DNA of 53,077 nucleotides, from positions 1 through 53,077 of the forward strand of contig JBFEIF010000001.1 in assembly GCA_041553795.1 (NCBI GenBank). Direction: 5' to 3'. The stretch comes from Sulfurimonadaceae bacterium (GTDB taxonomy: Bacteria > Campylobacterota > Campylobacteria > Campylobacterales > Sulfurimonadaceae). Below are positions 37,393 to 45,245 of this stretch, in pieces. The position numbers and the translations under genes are program-made. The stretch's first letter is position 1; every line of letters begins with the position of its first letter. Below the pieces are notes generated by a model that made no database searches, was not told the DNA's origin, and saw only the letters and a program-made list of their open reading frames with translations.

Positions 37393-38048
37393 AAGAAGTT
37401 CTCTCAAAATTAAAGATATAGAGTAGTCTAGCACAAATATATTTCATATCAATTTAGCTTATACAGAAATAATATTTTTCTCTGAAGAAGAGTAGTATAG
37501 GATCTTAAGATACAGATTTGAGAGATGCCCCCCCTCCATCTGAATATATAAAAAGATCCTTATTATTTGAAAGGAGGATATTAAAGACCCAGAGACCAAT
37601 ATAAGGAGGTGTAACGAGTAGAATAGCGAAAAATAACCGATGACTCCAAGAGTGACAGGACAGCTGTGTACCTTGGAAGTTCTAGGTTTGAACCGTATAC
37701 TTTGAACTCGTTCCACTCGGACAGATGGTAAGGCTATGCAGACAGGCTTCGCCAAAGCCGAAAGCTCACATCAATAGATGGTGACCATTAAGCTTTGTCT
37801 CCGTTAGACATAATGAAAAGTTCTCAACAGCTAAACGAGCCAAGCTAAAGCTGACCTCATTCTTAACGCAGTAGAGAACTAGGCATTATGTTAATCATCA
37901 TAGCAACATCTATATATAGTATCGCTTACCGCTTGGTTCTCACGGAGTGATTTATTATACTCTCACCTTCTTGCTCCAAGATGCTGGTTATGTAAGGATA
38001 AAGTGATTAGAATTAGTCTATATATCTCATAAATTGAAAAGGCACGTG

Positions 38049-38411
38049 ATGGAGTTGAAAGATTTTGTAAAGCATTCGATATTGGATATCGCTAAGGGAA
38101 TAAAAGAAGCTAATGAAGAAGCATTAGAGGGTGATATTGGTTTGATAGTAAATCCTTGTCCAATATATTTCCGCTCAGCAGGACATGTTGAATATGCCCC
38201 AGGTGGAAAAAAAGATGGTAGAACAAAACATGTTGAGATGATAAAGTTTGATGTAGCTGTAACAACATCGGGTAGCGCAACGGCTGAAGGTGGTGGAGGT
38301 ATTAATGTAGCTGGAATTAAGCTAGGGGCCTCAGGTGAGGTGACGGATGAAAAAGAAAATGGCTCACGAATTAAATTTGAGATACCAGTTGTAATGCCAA
38401 CAATCTTGTAA
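38049..38411 (+). CDS. Small soluble protein resembling the trypco2 (trypsin-co-occurring domain 2) family
   Basis: N-terminal helix, then IKFDVAVTTSGSATAEGGGGINVAGIKLGASGEVTDEKENGSRIKFEIPV. I recall this beta / Gly-rich / beta pattern from trypco2-family proteins. The call is from memory, not an alignment. Confidence 0.4.
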   Translation: MELKDFVKHSILDIAKGIKEANEEALEGDIGLIVNPCPIYFRSAGHVEYAPGGKKDGRTKHVEMIKFDVAVTTSGSATAEGGGGINVAGIKLGASGEVTDEKENGSRIKFEIPVVMPTIL

Positions 38412-38635
38412 ATAATATCATGATAGCAACCTAATGTTGTCCTTGTGTTAAACTTTTCCCTATTTCATGGTGTCGGTACGGTGGGAAGGACATACTCGCG
38501 TTGCTCTATGCCCACCCACCCAGATCTCCTCATCTCTTTGAGATAGCGTCGCCTGCCTAACCCTGATACGTAATCATTTAAGTTGTTAACTGTTGTTTTA
38601 TGATATTATGTTTCAAATCAACATAAAGGGTAAAG

Positions 38636-38860
38636 ATGAAAAAGGTTGTTATGTTATTGGTATTCGGTTTAGTTTCTGCGTATGCACATAGTGGAGGGAC
38701 TGATAGTTCAGGATGTCATTTGAACCATAAAACAGGAGTATATCACTGTCATAGAAGTGAATCACATAAAATTGATTCAGCTAAAACTGCAGTTAAAGAT
38801 AAACAGCAGAAAGGCTCTTTTGAGTCTAAGAAAGAAGTAAAAGTACATACTCACTCATAA
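38636..38860 (+). CDS. Small secreted YHYH-motif protein
   Basis: Signal peptide, then HSGGTDSSGCHLNHKTGVYHCH, which matches the G-G-x-D-x-x-G-x-H...TG-x-YH-x-H pattern of YHYH-domain proteins. Confidence 0.55.
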   Translation: MKKVVMLLVFGLVSAYAHSGGTDSSGCHLNHKTGVYHCHRSESHKIDSAKTAVKDKQQKGSFESKKEVKVHTHS

Positions 38861-38932
38861 TAGTATTTAGGCATTGGTAGATCCGATGCCTAAATTAATC
38901 ATGCTTATTATTGTGTATGATATAATCCACAC

Positions 38933-39604
38933 ATGCACATTCTCATATTAATATTATCACTTGTAACACTACTAAGCGCGGCAGGGCAATCATTCTCTAA
39001 CTCCAAGCAAGAACTAAAAAAGATATACGCTGATCATCAGGTTACATTTTATGCTGGTTGTAAATATGATTATAAAGATAAGAACAATATGATTGATAGA
39101 AGCAGCTGTGGATATACACCTCGCAATGAAATAACAAAGAAGGGGAAGATAAATTATAGAGCCAGACGTATTGAATGGGAACATGTCATGCCTGCACAGA
39201 ACTTTGGCAGACATCTTCCATGCTGGAAAGAAGGTGGTCGTAAGCACTGTAGTAAGGTGTCTGAGAAGTTTAAGATCATGGAAGCAGACATGATGAATTT
39301 AGTTCCTGCTGTAGGAGAGTTGAACGGCGATCGTTCTAATTATCGCTACGGAGCATATGAGCCTCAATTAGGTCAATATGGATCTGTACCATTCCAGGTT
39401 GACTTTAAGGCTAAGAGAGCATTCATAGACCCTCAGATAAGAGGTGATGTTGCACGTATATATTTCTATATGAGTCAGGCTTACAATATACCTCTCTCTA
39501 AGCAAGAACGTAAGATGATGGAAGTATGGTCTAATCAGGACCCCGTTGATATATGGGAAAGAGAACGAGCTAAACGTATAACAAAAGTAACAAGGAAAGA
39601 TTAA
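38933..39604 (+). CDS. Secreted endonuclease I (EndA/Dns/Vvn family)
   Basis: Signal peptide. Motifs FYAGCKY, RRIEWEHVMPAQNFG and ADMMNLVPAVGELNGDRSNYRYG, with conserved Cys pairs. Confidence 0.85.
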   Translation: MHILILILSLVTLLSAAGQSFSNSKQELKKIYADHQVTFYAGCKYDYKDKNNMIDRSSCGYTPRNEITKKGKINYRARRIEWEHVMPAQNFGRHLPCWKEGGRKHCSKVSEKFKIMEADMMNLVPAVGELNGDRSNYRYGAYEPQLGQYGSVPFQVDFKAKRAFIDPQIRGDVARIYFYMSQAYNIPLSKQERKMMEVWSNQDPVDIWERERAKRITKVTRKD

Positions 39605-40503
39605 TGGCTATATGGTGGGTATTTCAGAACAAGACATATAAAGAAGAAAGTGAAGGTAGTTTCTTATGGGCTCCAAAAGCAGATTTGAACGGCCATAGTA
39701 AATCTCACTGGAAGACAATGACTGAGTTAGAAGCAGGGGATATTGTTTTATCTTCTGTGGGTCGAAAGATTGTCGCCGTATCGACAGTGATTGCACCTGC
39801 ATATACCAATTCGAAACCCTTTGTTGATGATAATGATAATACATGGGAAAGCGAGGGTTGGAAAGCTGATCTGGTTTTTACTGAGCTTAAAGAAGCTATT
39901 GATATAAATGATATTATTGATGACCTTATGCCTATGATGGATTACAAATATGCACCATTAAATAACCTAGGTAGAGGGAATACCGGGTATTTGTTTCCAT
40001 TGACTGATGAGGTGTCGGTCTATCTATTAAACCTCATGGATGATGAGAATATTGATGTAATTGCTAAGGAAGAGGAAGACATTAATATGCTTAGCATTCC
40101 TGAGACAGAGAAGGCAAGACTTGTTAATAGTAGAATTGGTCAGGGTGAGTTTAGACAATCTCTGATGGATTATTGGCATAGTAGATGTGCTGTTACAGGG
40201 CTAGAAATGCCTAAGATGTTAATAGCTTCCCACATTAAGCCATGGAAGGTTTCTAATAACAGAGAACGTCTTGATGGAAATAATGGATTGTTGCTCTCAC
40301 CCCATTACGATTATGCGTTTGATCAAGGATATATTAGCTTTAATTCTGAAGGGGAAATTATCTTCTCTGAGGCCTTATCTTCTGATCAATTGAAGGCTCT
40401 ATCATTTAGACGTACAGATAAGATTCAGAAAATGTTAAATATAGAGCAGAAGTCTTACTTGGAGTATCATAGACAGTATAAGCTGATCAAGTTGCAAGGA
40501 TAA
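39604..40503 (+). CDS. HNH endonuclease (HNH_2 type) with an N-terminal beta-rich domain; candidate modification-dependent restriction enzyme
   Basis: The C-terminal CAVTGLEMPKMLIASHIKPW...NGLLLSPHYDYAFDQGYISF is an HNH_2-type motif. The ATG overlaps the endonuclease I stop (TAATG). Confidence 0.75.
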   Translation: MAIWWVFQNKTYKEESEGSFLWAPKADLNGHSKSHWKTMTELEAGDIVLSSVGRKIVAVSTVIAPAYTNSKPFVDDNDNTWESEGWKADLVFTELKEAIDINDIIDDLMPMMDYKYAPLNNLGRGNTGYLFPLTDEVSVYLLNLMDDENIDVIAKEEEDINMLSIPETEKARLVNSRIGQGEFRQSLMDYWHSRCAVTGLEMPKMLIASHIKPWKVSNNRERLDGNNGLLLSPHYDYAFDQGYISFNSEGEIIFSEALSSDQLKALSFRRTDKIQKMLNIEQKSYLEYHRQYKLIKLQG

Positions 40504-40512
40504 GGTGTATTC

Positions 40513-40535
40513 TGCTACACTTTTTGCTACACAAA
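40513..40535 (+). repeat. Paired 8-mer direct repeat TGCTACAC-N4-TGCTACACAAA (candidate integrase arm-type site, right end)
   Basis: It matches 33279-33301 apart from the 4-nt spacer and lies 42 nt inside the right direct repeat. Confidence 0.5.
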
Positions 40536-40577
40536 TTATGCATTTATGTATAGTATATGGTTTAGTCGGATCCTGTT

Positions 40578-40645
40578 AGTTGGTTAGAGCCCTCCGCTCA
40601 TAACGGAGTGGTCGAGTGTTCGAGTCACTCTGAACCCACCACTTA
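40578..40645 (+). repeat. attR-type core: exact 68-bp copy of the tRNA 3' end
   Basis: 68/68 identity to 33190-33257. It lacks the 5' acceptor and D-arm, so it is not a functional tRNA. Confidence 0.9.
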
Positions 40646-40996
40646 CCACACAACATTTTCAGCCTTTTTCAAATCTTTACGTTTACCGATTGTCAGCACT
40701 CTCGCTAGTAATATAGAATCTTATGGTCTATTCTTCATTTCTTTTGTGTAGTTTTTTTAATGCCAATCTCTCATTCCAAGTCATCTGCTCTTAGCTATTT
40801 TTATCGTTTGTTATTTTAACTCCTTTGATGTGCTATGCTAATTAGTAGAGACTGTGCAAGGGCTGTTGTAATAAAAGAGTTTTATGCAAATAATGAGGAT
40901 AGTGTGCGAAAAAAATATTTAATAATAATTATTTATATTCGTATTTTATTAACATGTGATAGAATGAGTGCTAATATTAGATCAAAAGGAGAGGGT

Positions 40997-41569
40997 ATGA
41001 AATCAATAGGGACATTGTTTTTAGTTATGTTGATTGCAATCAATATTCAAGCATTTGACGATATGAATATAAATTTATTCTTAGGTCAAAAGTCATTAGA
41101 CAAAGATGATTGGGAACCGGTTGATCAACATCCGGAATATGGAATTCATTTTGATTTTAAAGAAGAAAATTGGCCAGTTAATATGGTGGTTGGTCTGTTG
41201 TATTCTCATAAAGCGGATAACACTCGAATTTCAGGGTTTGATGCAAGAGTTAAAAGTACCACAATGGAATTTGATGTGGGTATTAAAAAAATATTTGCAG
41301 TCAATGAAAATGTAAATGCGTTTGTTGGAGGGGGGCTTTTACTAGTAAATGCAGAAGCAGTTACGCAAATAACTGGGCTTAATTACAATGATAGTGCAGA
41401 TGATTCAGCACTTGGTGCATGGATAAATACTGGTATATACTGGATGTTTGATAATAACATTAATTTAGGTGTACAAGCTCGTTATTCGAAGGCTAAGGTT
41501 ACAATTGATGGAACTTCTGCAGAAGCAGGTGGCACGCATATTGGTGTATTAGTAGGCTATAGGTTTTGA
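40997..41569 (+). CDS. Small outer-membrane beta-barrel protein (OmpW/OprF-N-like porin family)
   Basis: ATG at 40997 follows an AAAGGAGAG RBS. Features: signal peptide MKSIGTLFLVMLIAINIQAF, alternating hydrophobic beta-strand pattern, and a C-terminal aromatic end (GYRF). Confidence 0.6.
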   Translation: MKSIGTLFLVMLIAINIQAFDDMNINLFLGQKSLDKDDWEPVDQHPEYGIHFDFKEENWPVNMVVGLLYSHKADNTRISGFDARVKSTTMEFDVGIKKIFAVNENVNAFVGGGLLLVNAEAVTQITGLNYNDSADDSALGAWINTGIYWMFDNNINLGVQARYSKAKVTIDGTSAEAGGTHIGVLVGYRF

Positions 41570-41623
41570 CTTTTGAAAGATTTATAAGATGTTCTTTAAA
41601 AGAACGAATATATACTTTGGCAT

Positions 41624-41675
41624 TTCATAGCTCATAACGGAGTGCTCGAGTGTTCGAGTCACTTTGGACCCACCA
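41624..41675 (+). pseudogene. Decayed tRNA-Met-like copy (internal deletion plus substitutions)
   Basis: tRNA positions 4-14 (TTCATAGCTCA) are joined directly to position 37 onward (TAACGGAG...CCA). This is a 22-nt deletion between two GCTCA repeats, plus 3 substitutions. The downstream 10 nt, CTTATAAACT, match the flank of the intact tRNA. Confidence 0.65.
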
Positions 41676-42219
41676 CTTATAAACTCCCTAAACCTCGAAC
41701 TTTAACAGACAATCAGAAAATAAAACTTTAATTATTTTATTGACTAGTGGGTTTGTGCTTTAGACTTTGTATCATTAAAACAGTTTTCATATGATTGTGT
41801 TCAAATTTTTAAAAGAGATAATGAAACTAAGATCTATCATGAATATATAGTGACTAAATTCAGAGAAAGACTATCTATTTTGCGGGGTTACTAAAAAAAA
41901 GTGTCGGTGCTTTTAGATGCAAAAGCAGAAGCGTTCAAATTAAAAAAAGAAGCAAAGGTCTCAGAGATGCTAGGTTCACATTTTTACTTGATGTAAAAAC
42001 GGAATATGATGACCTTTGTAGTGTATACCTGAATTTTTTTGAGTGGGCATGTTTAAAACACCTAAAAGAAAACAGGCTACCATTAAGTAAATATGAGAAC
42101 GTCTTGAACCATACTCAAGCTATTGGAACTACTCATGAAAAGTAGGGATTTACTTTTAAAACCGGATTATTGCCTACTCCATTTATCAATATGATACAAA
42201 GAAGACAATAATTATTGAA

Positions 42220-45111
42220 TCAGTTCAACTCAGATAAAAAAGCATCCAGTTTTTCGAGTGCATCATCAAAATTATAATTCTCCAAGTCTTGTAAAACAGC
42301 ATCTATATCGTTACGGTAAAGTACATTGCTGTCGAGTATGCGCAGCTCTTCTAAAATACTCTTTGCACTGGTGTCACTCTCCTTTATCAGCTCTCTAAGT
42401 TCCTCTAGACGAGGCTTTAGTAGATTGTCAATATCGTGAAGCTCATTCCTTTGGATTTGTGAAGGATTATGCTGATACGAGATATCGGTATGCGTAAGAT
42501 CATATTGTTTTATCTTTTCTGTAAGTTCTTTTATCAATCGATCAAGTAATTTAACGACATTTTCGAAATTATTTTCTATTGATCTGACGTCATCATGATC
42601 TTTGACGGATTTTTCAAGTATTAAAGCAGCCTCTTGCAGTTCACCCGCACCGATACTTCCCGCTAACCCTTTTAATGTGTGTACGATCCGTATCGCCATC
42701 TGAATGTTTTCTGTCTCAAATGCCAATTGAAACTGACGTGTAAAATCACTCTGATTAGTTATGAACTTTCTCAATAGTTTTAGGTATAGCTTTTCGTTCC
42801 CATTGGTAGTGATAAGTCCTTTTATTATATCTATTCCTTCGATATCGGGAATCTCGATTCGCTTCTCATTCTTATTGTCAGTTCTGGCTACAACCGAATT
42901 TTCCAAAGTAGAAGATGAAATCCATTTTCTCATGGTCTGATACATCGCAGTAGGATTGATGGGTTTGATTATGTGATCATTCATCCCTGATAAAAGCGTC
43001 TTCTCTATGTCTTCTTGCATTGCATCGGCTGTCAATGCGATGATCGGAAGTCCTTTGAATTTTTCTTGTTCACGAATCTTACGTGTCGCTTCGTATCCGT
43101 CCATAATCGGCATCTGGCAATCCATCAATATCCCATCGAAGGGCTCGTTTTGCAGAATGTCAAGTGCTTCTTTACCATTATTCGCCACAGTAACACTGAC
43201 ACCGATCTCGTTAAGAAAGTCGACGGCAAGTTCCTGATTGAGGGTGTTGTCCTCAACGAGTAAGATATGCGCCCCGTGTAAGTCGGCAAAGGATAGCTCA
43301 GGCTTCTTTTTTGGGCTTCTGACTTCTGTCTTTTCATGCAGCTTTGAAGGGCTGATCCATTTACTCATAACAGTAAACATTTCGTTTGGATGTATGGGTT
43401 TGGAGATGTGGTCATTCATACCGGACTCTAACACCTTCTCTCTATCTCCCTTCATCGCATTGGCGGTCAGTGCGATGACTGGAAGTGACTTAAACCTCTG
43501 TTGTGCACGGATCTTACGTGTCGTCGCATAACCATCCATAACCGGCATCTGACAATCCATCAGTACCCCGTCAAACGTTTTGTTCTCAAGTATGGACAAA
43601 GCTTCTTCTCCATTATTCGCGACAGTGACAATCATCCCGTTCCCATTAAGAAGATCTATCGCCACCTCCTGGTTTAGTGCATTATCCTCTACAACTAATA
43701 TATGCGCACCTTGAAGCTTTAACAATGCTTTCTCTAGTGATATATTGTCTTGTTTTTGATGGACAGCTTGTATTTGGTTCTTTTGCTTGTCCAAATGAAC
43801 AGTGAAAGAAAAGACACTTCCTTTTCCTGGCTCACTATCCACCCAGATATCTCCGCCCATCAAATCTACCATCTTCTTGCAAATGGTTAGTCCAAGGCCT
43901 GTACCGCCATACTTTCTGGTAGTCGAACTGTCGGCCTGAGCAAACGCGTCAAATAAATTTTTATGATGTTCTGGGTTTAGTCCTATACCGGTGTCAGTGA
44001 CACTGAACAGTAGAGACACACTTTCTGGGTCGCTTTGTTTGACTTTTAGATCTATCCTGAGTTCACCTTTGTCAGTAAACTTAAGGGCATTACTGCAGAG
44101 GTTTATAAGAACTTGCCGAAGCCTCAGCGGGTCACCGATGAGAAACATAGGCACATCATCTTCGATATTGACACTAAAGGCCAAGCCTTTTTCCAGCGCA
44201 TCATATTTTATCAGGTTCTCAAGCTCATCCATAACATTAGACAGGTTGAAATCAATATGTTCAAGTTGCAGTTTCCCCGATTCGATTTTTGAAAAGTCAA
44301 GAATATCGTTAATTATTTCCAGAAGCGATTCTGCGGAATCGTGAACTTTAGAGATATAGTTTTTCTGGTTCGGTTGCAATTCGGTTTGAAGTGCAAGGTT
44401 ACTCATACCTATAATAACATTCATAGGTGTTCTTATCTCATGACTCATGTTGGCAATAAACTCTGATTTGATACGAAGAGCTTTTTCTGCCACCTCTTTG
44501 GCTTCAAGCAGGTCATTTGTACGCTCTTTCACTTTTGTTTCCAAAAGAGCATTGTTTATAATAAGATTTGCCTCGCTATACTCTTTGATCATCTCATACC
44601 AGTGCATGGCGCCAGCGATCAAGATAACATTAAAAATGACAATAAAATAATCAGTTCTTGAAAGATGAAACACACCTGGGATCAGCAGGGGTAAGAATAT
44701 TAATCCCGAAAGCAAGATAAGTGTCCAAATCATACCTTCCTTTCTATCCCGCAATAAGAAGATCATAATAGTCTCAATCCCGATCCACATGATCCTGGCC
44801 TCACTGTTCTGGGCTGTATGCATAACTAAGAAGACAATGAGGGCACCACTGCTTATAAGTATCTTAGATACAAGAGTATAATTGTTTTTTGAATATCGAA
44901 GAAGACCGTAACACAAGAAAATAATTATTGTAAAAATGACATCAGCTATGGTCTGGATATAATTGCCTTCAAAGAATCTGATCATTCCCATAATAAAGGC
45001 AACTAGTCCCGTCAACATAGTCAGCAGTACAAGTACCTCTATTTTGTATTGCAACAGCTTTTCTTCCTCTTCGAAGGAATGGGACGCTCTTAAAATTTTT
45101 TGTATCTTCAT
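42220..45111 (-). CDS. Hybrid sensor histidine kinase: polytopic membrane N-domain, HisKA, HATPase, REC, REC, Hpt
   Basis: About 6 N-terminal TMs. H-box [12 protein letters not shown]-boxes DTGIGL...[12 protein letters not shown]. Two receiver domains ([14 protein letters not shown] and [14 protein letters not shown]). Hpt motif [12 protein letters not shown]. Confidence 0.9.
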   Translation of the reverse strand: MKIQKILRASHSFEEEEKLLQYKIEVLVLLTMLTGLVAFIMGMIRFFEGNYIQTIADVIFTIIIFLCYGLLRYSKNNYTLVSKILISSGALIVFLVMHTAQNSEARIMWIGIETIMIFLLRDRKEGMIWTLILLSGLIFLPLLIPGVFHLSRTDYFIVIFNVILIAGAMHWYEMIKEYSEANLIINNALLETKVKERTNDLLEAKEVAEKALRIKSEFIANMSHEIRTPMNVIIGMSNLALQTELQPNQKNYISKVHDSAESLLEIINDILDFSKIESGKLQLEHIDFNLSNVMDELENLIKYDALEKGLAFSVNIEDDVPMFLIGDPLRLRQVLINLCSNALKFTDKGELRIDLKVKQSDPESVSLLFSVTDTGIGLNPEHHKNLFDAFAQADSSTTRKYGGTGLGLTICKKMVDLMGGDIWVDSEPGKGSVFSFTVHLDKQKNQIQAVHQKQDNISLEKALLKLQGAHILVVEDNALNQEVAIDLLNGNGMIVTVANNGEEALSILENKTFDGVLMDCQMPVMDGYATTRKIRAQQRFKSLPVIALTANAMKGDREKVLESGMNDHISKPIHPNEMFTVMSKWISPSKLHEKTEVRSPKKKPELSFADLHGAHILLVEDNTLNQELAVDFLNEIGVSVTVANNGKEALDILQNEPFDGILMDCQMPIMDGYEATRKIREQEKFKGLPIIALTADAMQEDIEKTLLSGMNDHIIKPINPTAMYQTMRKWISSSTLENSVVARTDNKNEKRIEIPDIEGIDIIKGLITTNGNEKLYLKLLRKFITNQSDFTRQFQLAFETENIQMAIRIVHTLKGLAGSIGAGELQEAALILEKSVKDHDDVRSIENNFENVVKLLDRLIKELTEKIKQYDLTHTDISYQHNPSQIQRNELHDIDNLLKPRLEELRELIKESDTSAKSILEELRILDSNVLYRNDIDAVLQDLENYNFDDALEKLDAFLSELN

Positions 45112-45245
45112 TGTGTTATTTCTTTAGTTTTAGTTTTATCGTATTAATACATGCATGGCACTATTAACTTCCTAATAGTCTAGTGCTTTTAAGATGAAGG
45201 ATTGATGGCTTTTGCCAGCCGTGATTCTTCTTCTGTATACACGGA

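Larger units (their letters stand above)
33254..40645. mobile_element. tRNA-Met-associated integrative genomic island (~7.4 kb)
   Basis: Intact tRNA, adjacent tyrosine integrase and an exact 68-bp direct repeat at the far end. The sampled integrase-gene line is lower in GC than a sampled core line. Cargo is nucleases and hypothetical genes. Confidence 0.75.

Noticed and set aside
37528-37534. C7 homopolymer as a phase-variation switch
   Set aside because: It lies in a non-coding tract with no downstream ORF to toggle, and it is shorter than the G/C tracts of 8 or more that I recall as typical of phase-variable genes in Campylobacterota.
37459-37755. 98-aa minus-strand ORF in the island's ORF-free region
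   Set aside because: It has no RBS and an odd, low-complexity hydrophobic/Ser/Leu composition. It also spans the GC-enriched, hairpin-rich tract, so the region is better treated as non-coding or decayed.
41330-41335. G6 tract inside the outer-membrane barrel gene as a contingency locus
   Set aside because: The tract is short and encodes a plausible GGG turn within a beta-barrel. There is no evidence of slippage.
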